Assembly: GCA_030599585.1 (NCBI GenBank)
Contig: JAUVNS010000018.1
Span: 1-64,000 of the forward strand
Length of the DNA: 64,000 nt
Reading direction: 5' to 3'
Origin: Promethearchaeota archaeon
GTDB lineage: Archaea > Asgardarchaeota > Lokiarchaeia > Sigyniarchaeales > SOKP01
Shown here: piece by piece, positions 39,301 through 48,300 of the stretch
How the letters are laid out: every line of letters starts with the position of its first letter
How positions within the stretch are numbered: the stretch's first letter is position 1
Program-made: the position numbers and the translations under genes
Notes under the pieces: generated by a model
The model's input: the letters and a program-made list of their open reading frames with translations, nothing else
The model's database searches: none
What the model was told of the DNA's origin: nothing

Positions 39301-42300
39301 CAATCTATAGTTACCAATCGGCGTTCAACGATTACATTCTAAAGATAGAAAATAATTTCGTATACTTTAACGATAGCAGATTTGTCGACGATGGATATAT
39401 TGCAAATAATACCAACATTAAGTTGGAATATAAATACAAGTTGCAACCAGGCTTGTTGGAACGAAAACACTTTCTATCTGTAATCTATCCGTGGAGCAAC
39501 GCGTTTAATTCCATAGTAGACGACGCCATATCGGGCGATTCTGACATAACTTATAGAGAGAAATATAGAAAATTGTCTGGCTCTTCTATTATTTCTCCGT
39601 TCGAATATAGCTTGTCGATTAACGATACTTATAGATTGTATTTAAGCTATCGCTTGAATCAAAGAGAATACTTCGAAGAAAAGTTTGAAATTGACTACCG
39701 ATCTGGTGAATTAGACTTTTATTATTTAAGCAACGCTTTTGATAACTACGTATCCGAATATTCGAAAGAGGAAGTAGTAGTATATTATTTTGACGAAAAC
39801 AATCAAATGCAATTCTTAGATAGAGCTTCTTTCATTGTCGATAATGTTACTCACAAAATTACGTTAAAAGCGGATGGAAACCCTATAGTTTCTATCAATC
39901 CCATTGTAGAATTTTACGTTGGATTTAGCCCCGCAGTTAGCGACGAGAGGTTTAACGCGTACGAATATACCTACAATCCTTCTCTTGGTATGAACGATAC
40001 TCTAGAATTAACTTATTGGAACGTTACGCACGGCGAAAGGTTTGACGTGATTCCTAACTTAAACGCTTACAATTATATAAACGAGCCCAGAACCACATTT
40101 ACCAATTTTGTCTCTCACGCAACTCAAGTAGCGGCTTTCTTAGAAGAAGAAGAGACTTTAGTGTTCGATTTAGCGGGCGAAATTGGGTGGTACAACGACG
40201 CGCTCCTAGACGGCATACAGAACGGAGAGTATCTATCGATCTATTTCCACGCGTCGTTTGAGAATTACTATTGCTTGGAAGGGATATCCGTAGAACTTAA
40301 CGATTCGACAGGCGTAATACCCGGTTTCACGCAATTCATCACTATCGAAGAACTCGTAATGTGGGATTTTGACATTAAAATCGATCTCCCCTTTGAACCA
40401 AATAACGACTTGCAAACGATAGCGATCACCCCAATATTTGCAGATTCTGACGAATATTCTGAAGATAATATTCTAGGTATTCCACATTTTGAACTATTAG
40501 AATGGGACGAAGACCTAGTGGAAGGGGATATAGACCGCTACATTCCTATTCAGTTGGAGACCGAATTGATTACCGATTCTCCTTCTTTAGAAATTGCCTA
40601 CTTGTTCAACGAAAATCTGCAATATTTAGCTTTACCTGAAGGAGTAGAGTTTAACTGGAGCGTAGACGACGACTTTTTAGGCGAAGGTCACTACACGCTT
40701 AACATTCCAGAAATTTTTGTTAACCCAGACGATACTTCTCAAAACGCCACTTTCGAAGATGGAGATGTTATTTTGTTTAGATACAACATTCCCGCTCAAA
40801 AATTGGTAAAGATAGGAATAAAAGAGATTTACTTTAACAAAAAACCATATAATTACGATCAGTTATCCGTTCTTTCCGAATTTGTATTAGTAAACGCAAA
40901 CGAAACGGATTCTGACTCTTATAATTACGACGAATTTACCGCTCCTTACAACTACAACGCGAGTTTACGGTTAACTCCTTTTGACGACGAGTTTACTTCT
41001 TCCTACAAGAGCGTGGCAATTGATTTGAACATTTCAAGTTTAGAAGCATTTGCTATCGACGGATTCGTTGACTTTTCACACATATTATTTTCAGCTCCAA
41101 ATCCTAATTACGAATTAACTGTCAGCCAAGTAGTTATCGTTCAAGAATTAGAAGGACTTTCCGATTTTGTGGAATTTTTCGATAGCCGAGTTTGGCAATT
41201 TACTGAGTTCGAGAAAGTTACTTCTAGCCCCGTACCTGAAAAGGATAATTATAGTCTCGAACTACCAAACGATCCCATTTATTATCGAGACGCGGATGAA
41301 GGCAAGTGGTTAGAATTCATAAAGATTTACGACGAGAATTACAACTATTATTCCGCCGGAATTTCAGGAGACGAATATCAACTTCTTTGGTCCCCGGCAA
41401 CCAAGAATTTCACTTGGAACCCTTCATTCGATAGATTCCAAGAATATTGGGGCATGCAGATAGAACTTCCGCAACTGATCCAATCAAATACAACTTTATA
41501 CTTTGAATACTGCGCGAATGTTTCTTGGAGCAACGAAATCGATTTAGATTACGAGAACATTCATTTCGACTCTTTCGAATTGATATACAATTACGATTAT
41601 TTACTCACGCCTCGGTTCGAAGACTGGTACGGAGAACTAATAGATAATAGTAACGACGGTTTCGATTACGAGATCGAACAATTCTATTCAGAAACTTTTG
41701 TTGTTTACACCGAAACTAACGAGTATTCGCACGCTTTTGAGACCGAGTACGATTTCGAAGATGATTTCTTAAACCTTACTTTGTATAGCATAGTAGGATT
41801 ATACGCCAACTTTACGGAAAAGATAATAGACGACGATAACGTGAATTACGATGTAGTCTTTGACATACCAGCTAAAAACATTACAATTACTGATTTAATT
41901 TCAGGAGATGGATTATTAAACGAATTTGACGCCATTACGGTTGTTTTAAACTTTACTCACGGGCTCGACTCTACTAAGACCAAATTAAAATTTTCTGATT
42001 CCTTTAACCAGACCTATTTAGACGATATGGATGCTACTTTTTACGATTTTGTTTCAGGATCGTTTGAATACGCTACCAAATCAGGCGATTATTTATTTGT
42101 AGAGAGAGCGGAAACTATCGCTTCTGATAGCACCTCGTTTGTTTCAATTGATTACACCAGAAATTCTGATCTTAGCATAAACCTAAACTTAGATAAATAC
42201 AATACATCGGCGTTATTTGACAATTTCGAATTGTATTTAGACCCATATAACGTAATATACGAAGCAGACGCAGACATGGATGGTAGAAGAGACTTTAAAC

Positions 42301-45300
42301 ACGAGATCGATATAGATAAAAACGGAAGGGTTGACGTTATTAAATTTGGAGTGGAGAGCGAGACCGATTCTAATGAGATTATCTGGCACACCGCAATCAA
42401 CGACTTTTTAGGAGACGAAACTGAATACGATCTAAAGTCAAGACCAAGAGAGACCACAAAGTGGTTCGACCTGGACGACGCAATGTTCACCACCTCTACT
42501 TCGTTGTTTACCATCTTTTTTGCCGAGTTAGATTATTGGGGTAAAAAATACGTGGAACAGACTTACGCAACAGATCAATCTGTTGAGTCATCGTTTTATT
42601 CTATAATGGTTGACGACGATTACGATGGAACCGCCAACACCCAATATACTTACGAAAAATCGAATTTTGTTCAATATACATACGTAATCAACAACGAAAC
42701 GACTATTTTGGCAGCGAAACCTCAGAACATGTTCACATACATATACGCTAGCATGGCAGAATGGATTGGGACTTTAGTTACCGGAGGGAGAGTCGATCCG
42801 ATCTTTAACGAACAACTCACTCCGGAGATGATAGAAAGCGGCTCTTACCCGGGCGACTTCCATTGGCTCGCCCCAGACATAAGGGAAACCTTAACTCAGA
42901 CATATAAGAAATATTCGATCGTGTCAACCAGACTCTATATAGAAAATTCCGTAAGCGAAAAAATAACCGTTAATAATTGGGAGAACGGAACCCTATTAGA
43001 AACTAGAATATACCAAGATTTGTTCAAAGACGATTCTATAGATTTGGGTATCGACCTTAGCCAGACCGTAACAAACTTAGAAACTGGGCAACAACAAGAC
43101 ATTCCTCTCGATTTCATTCCCGCAATCCAGACCGAACAAAATTCTTACGCCATATGGGACGATGATTCTAACGTGCCGGGTAAGTTTGAGTCTTTAACCT
43201 CAGTAGATTTAGAATCTTCATCTAGCGATAGTAGTAATTTATTCGAGCGAGATATACGCATAGTTATTCCTAGTAGAATTAACCCTTACAACGACTATAA
43301 AAAAAGCGTCTCGTTAAAAACATCTGGCACTTCCGACATGAGACTAAACATAACAGGAATACATATAACGCCCGCTGACGGTAAAGTTTATTATAGTTCT
43401 GATAAGGAATCTTTCAAACTTAATGGTGGAGATGCAGCCAAAACCGAAGGAAGTTATTTCTACTACGATAGCGATCAGAACGGGTTCATGGAAACAGTTT
43501 ACGTCCTATCTCCTGTAAAGGGCGCTGGGGACGACGCTTATTACGAGGTGGTGGCTATTGGCTTTAATTACGACGGCAAGCACGATTTCGTGCCGTATTC
43601 TAAGACTGAAATTGGTTCGCCTATCGAAAATTTAAACGAATTTAAAGATGTTCTTTCCCACGAAGTCTATCAGACGGGAGGCAATATCTTTGTGTTCTCT
43701 AAATTAGCAAGTGATACCGATCGCTTGTTCCCACCAGAAGATAGAGACGGATACGAAGTTAAAGATAACATATTTGAGATAAGAAAATTAATTACGCAGA
43801 GCGCCCAAAACGCCAGATTTTCCGAGCTTTTCTACGAAACCCGCCATAGAGAATTTAATAGCCTTTGGGAAGTATTTGGTGAAAAATTTGAGCGCGATTT
43901 AAGCGAACAAGTAGCGATTTCTATAACTGCTGGAATAGCAGCAGCTATTGCGAGAGTTTTTACTTCAGATTTGGGAGCTATGGCCGTATATTTTGGCATA
44001 TACACATCTCTTAGTTTGATTTCTAACGACGTGAAAGCACGCGAGGCGGAGGCGAAAATCAGATCTCAAACCTTTTACTCAGAAGACGCCGATAGCAACC
44101 AACCTAGATTTCTCAATAATAAATATCCTAAAGACGATATTTGGGGCGATAGCATGCCTGCTGCTCTGAGTGGACACCCTGGAACGTATTACGCTGAAGT
44201 TAGAGGAGGTCAAACGGGAAACGAATACTTAGGATACGTTGTTGCTGCACCCCCAAATGACGATCGGTGTTGGGGAGGTTCTAATAACTTCTTAGATTTT
44301 ATCGGATCTAATTTCGACCTAGCTTGGACAGATACCTTACCGCAAGACGTTAATCCCGACATTATGACTGGGTTAGACTTCGATTATCACAACTTAGACT
44401 TTTTAATGGTTGCCAGCGAGCTTTACTCTTACAACGACCAAGAACATTACACCTACTTGGAAGGTCAAGAATTAGCCGATACAATGTTGGTATTAGAACC
44501 AGTTTACGAGGACTACGATTTTGAACAACTCCTGTCCTACGAGGACTACGAGCTTGAAGATTTTGTAAAACTTTATCTAACTGGTCCTGAAATTGTCTTA
44601 AGAATCATTCAAAACTACGATTCGTACAAGTTACGGCAAAACACTCTCGGCTACTTAGAACACGAAATTACCGAAGCAACTAACGGCTCTCTCAATTCAA
44701 TAAGACCAATAATTTCGGACGAAGCACCTCAATATGTTTTTGCTCAAGAAGACGGAACTTCGCCTTTATCACCGCTTTTTAGCCCTCTTATAATAAGTTC
44801 CGCGAGATACGATCAACTGAGCGATTCTCGAAAGTTTGGTTATATTTTTGTAGATATTGCCTCTTCTGAGACGGCCAACACGAAAGGTATCGATTCAACC
44901 GACCTTCTAGACGAAGAAAGAGCGTTTTATTCCGCAAAAATACCGTTAGCCGACATGTATGGGGCGTTTAATTACCCAATCGAAAGCGTAATATTACACA
45001 AAGTGGTAGATAAAGAAATAACTTCCAGAACTCTTAACCCCTCTGATTACGAAGTTCCCGAAAAAGTGCAAAACCTTTACTTCACCCACCCAATAAAAGA
45101 CCTTATGGGTGATGAAGACTACCTCGCACACTCAATGACAAAAACCTATAGCGAAGAAACCGAAGTGCATTACATATGCGAGATCAAATTTGCTAAAATT
45201 ATACCTGACGACGGCAACCTTTCAGAAGAAAATCAGAGAAATTTATTGGCTCAAACCACCATGTATCCTATCTTAGATTATTTCGATCAGTATACCTTTG

Positions 45301-48300
45301 CCGCTACGACAGCTAAAATGATCGGAGAGATTGCTTACACCGAAATTATAACGGTTCAATCTACGTCGCGTTCAGCAATTATCGTAGCGATGGCAGGAGC
45401 TGCTGCCGCAACTCAAAAAAAGTTATCTGAAGAAGCGGTAGGGATGATCGCTCAAGTAGGGTCTTCGGTATGGTCCACTGCAGTATCCACTGCTCCATCG
45501 TCGATATTTTATAGTACTATAATCCAAATTGCTTCAGGAGCCACGAGAATCGTTGCCCAGACCGTAGCAGAGATGTTCGAAGAAATCATAGTTGACGGTT
45601 TCATCGAGACTTACTTCCAAAACTCTGCTCGAATGTTAGGCTGGACCGAAGGGGTCGGGAATTTGATTTCCACGCTTATGACCACGATTCGAGAAACCAA
45701 CATGTTTGGTATTTTCAATCTAGGAGGGCAAGACACCAGCTCGCAAGGAGCCAACTCGCTCGACGTTAATTTAAACGCCCAGACCGAGCAAGAACTACAA
45801 CACTCCTCGTTAACCGCAGAGCTATCCCAACTTATCGCGGAACGAGAGAACGACCAGTCGTTTACCTTAGAAGAATTTCTAAAAGAGAACAAAGAAGGCG
45901 TAAGGTCAATTATGTCCGAATTCGGCTTAGTTCCGAGCAGGCACGAGACCATACTGAAGATGGCAGGCATCATAAGTTCAGGCATTTTTGCCGGGCTTTC
46001 AATGTTAGTTCCGGGACTAAGTTTTGCGGGCTTTAGTTTGTACGGGTTTAGTCCCATGATTAAACATCTAGGAGGAAAAATCGGCGGACAAGGAACTGGG
46101 TCTACAACTACGATGCGCGCAGCCCTACAGAACGCTAGAAAGAGCGAGATATCGCAAGATATTGATGCGAAAATAATTAAACAGATGGAAGCAAAAAGCG
46201 GGCCCATCGACGCAATATTTAGGAGTAAGTCAGATCAAGCGGCAACTGTTAAATCAATAGGGAGTATTAGCCACACGGGAAGAGCGGTCGAATACTTGGT
46301 AGACACCAAAGCCAAAGACTTTGACCCAAACACCTACTATGCATTACAATCTCAAGCCCAAACTTTCTACGAACCATCTTTGATAGTTAAAAACTTAGAA
46401 GCTCAAATAGAAACGACTAAATACATAGCAAAAGCAATCGAGTCTTTAGGACTAATTAAACAGACTATTTCCGATATAGAAGAAAAGGTAGAGACTTCAT
46501 CAGAAATTTCAAGCATAAATTTAGATACATCAGCTATAAAGAGTCCAATACCCATCGAAGACCCAATCACATGGCTTCTAGATGCAGATTACGAAGGGGA
46601 CACTTACAAAAGAATTCTTTTACCCGGTCTACTTAAGATGACAGTTCCTGAGTTTAAACTTCTTGTAATGCAAGAATACGACGTTCAATATGCGATAGAT
46701 ATATTCTACGGTCCGATTAGCTACGTGGATCCAACGACTTACGATATCGAAATCGGCAGAAAAGTCGGCTCTTTAGATATCTACAGTGATACTACAATGG
46801 GAGAGATATTAGAAGAATTAAACATTGATCCAGAGAACCCTCTAGAACATTTCTTCGTAGTGCCTAATACTGAGAGCACCGAAAATAGGGAAAATCTAGA
46901 ACAAATGGTAGATTCTCCAGCTTATACATTATTTAAAGATGTTTTAAGCAGGAATTTTGAAGGTCGTGATAACGTCATTAAAGCGTTCGGAACTCCAGAA
47001 AAAGTAGCGTTTCTTTCCAAATTTTACCAAGAAGTTATTGGTTACCTAAAAACGGCTATGATGGACAAATTCGGTATATCTGAACAAAATTTATTCAGCG
47101 AGTCAAGCGGTTTGATAAGGGGTTATGTAACACAAGATTTGCATGGTGACGAAGTGAAAGCAATTTGGGAAGAATCAGGAGCAACGACTGACGATAAAGC
47201 TCGATTCAACAAAAAAATAAAAGAATATATTGAAGACAGGTTTCTAAGTTACATAAAGGAAGATGGTTTCAAAAAGGGAGATTTTGACGTTTTAATAGAA
47301 CATAGAATGGATGAGACGATATTATTATTCCTACTAAACGAAATGGATACCGAGGACACAACTCCTGAAGGTTTATATTCCAAGTTTAAAGAATTCTATT
47401 ACGAATTCGACTCAATAGTAAGGGATTTGCACTCTGTAACTTACGATCTCACTAATCCAGCTGGCTTGAACCTATTTATGCAAAATTTCTTACAAACCTT
47501 TTACTCTACTGCGCTAAAAGGTAAACCCTCTCATTATACTAATGCAAAAACCTTTATTGGTGAAATTCCCGAAACTGGAGCTGTTAGACATGCTATTATC
47601 AAGCTTGCAAGAAGGTATGCTACGCACGGATTTCAAGATTTTGACATTGGTCACGATATGCAATACACAGCTCTAGGTCCTAAGGAAGATATCAACGATA
47701 TCATAAGCGATTTAAAAGCGAAAAAAGAGATTGATAACTTTGGAATAGATATAACCACCAGTTTTACCCCATTATTAGTAAACCACCAAGACGTTCTTTA
47801 TACTCTGTCCCCTAATTTTATCTCTAGTTTAGAAGTCAAAAATTCACGAAGAATTGATAGTATACATGCCATATACGATATAGGAATAGATGTTTTTAGA
47901 ACGATCGACATCGATAAATATTTCTCGTTCGGTCTTGATAAAGTTCCTGTTAGATACGAGGACTTTTATTTACCTGTTTCTTCTGCGATGATACCTTCAA
48001 TATTTTATAATATTTTTGGTACCCGCGATCCAAATAACATGAGGCATCTCGGTTTTAATGCTGATGGAACTATCACTAAAACGGGTGATCGAAAAGGAGA
48101 TAGCGAATCATTATTCTTTCTACAAGTAACTAAAGCTCTTAATAATTTTATTAGCACACAATTCTCGGGACTAGATAAAAACGCTTTAAAATCAAATCTT
48201 AAAGAAGTTTTCGACTTTCTTTCTTTAGAAGAACCTTTAACATCGCCTAGTTTACCAATTTTCGGAAACTTTTTGGATTTCGCCCTTGATGAGCTTGAAG

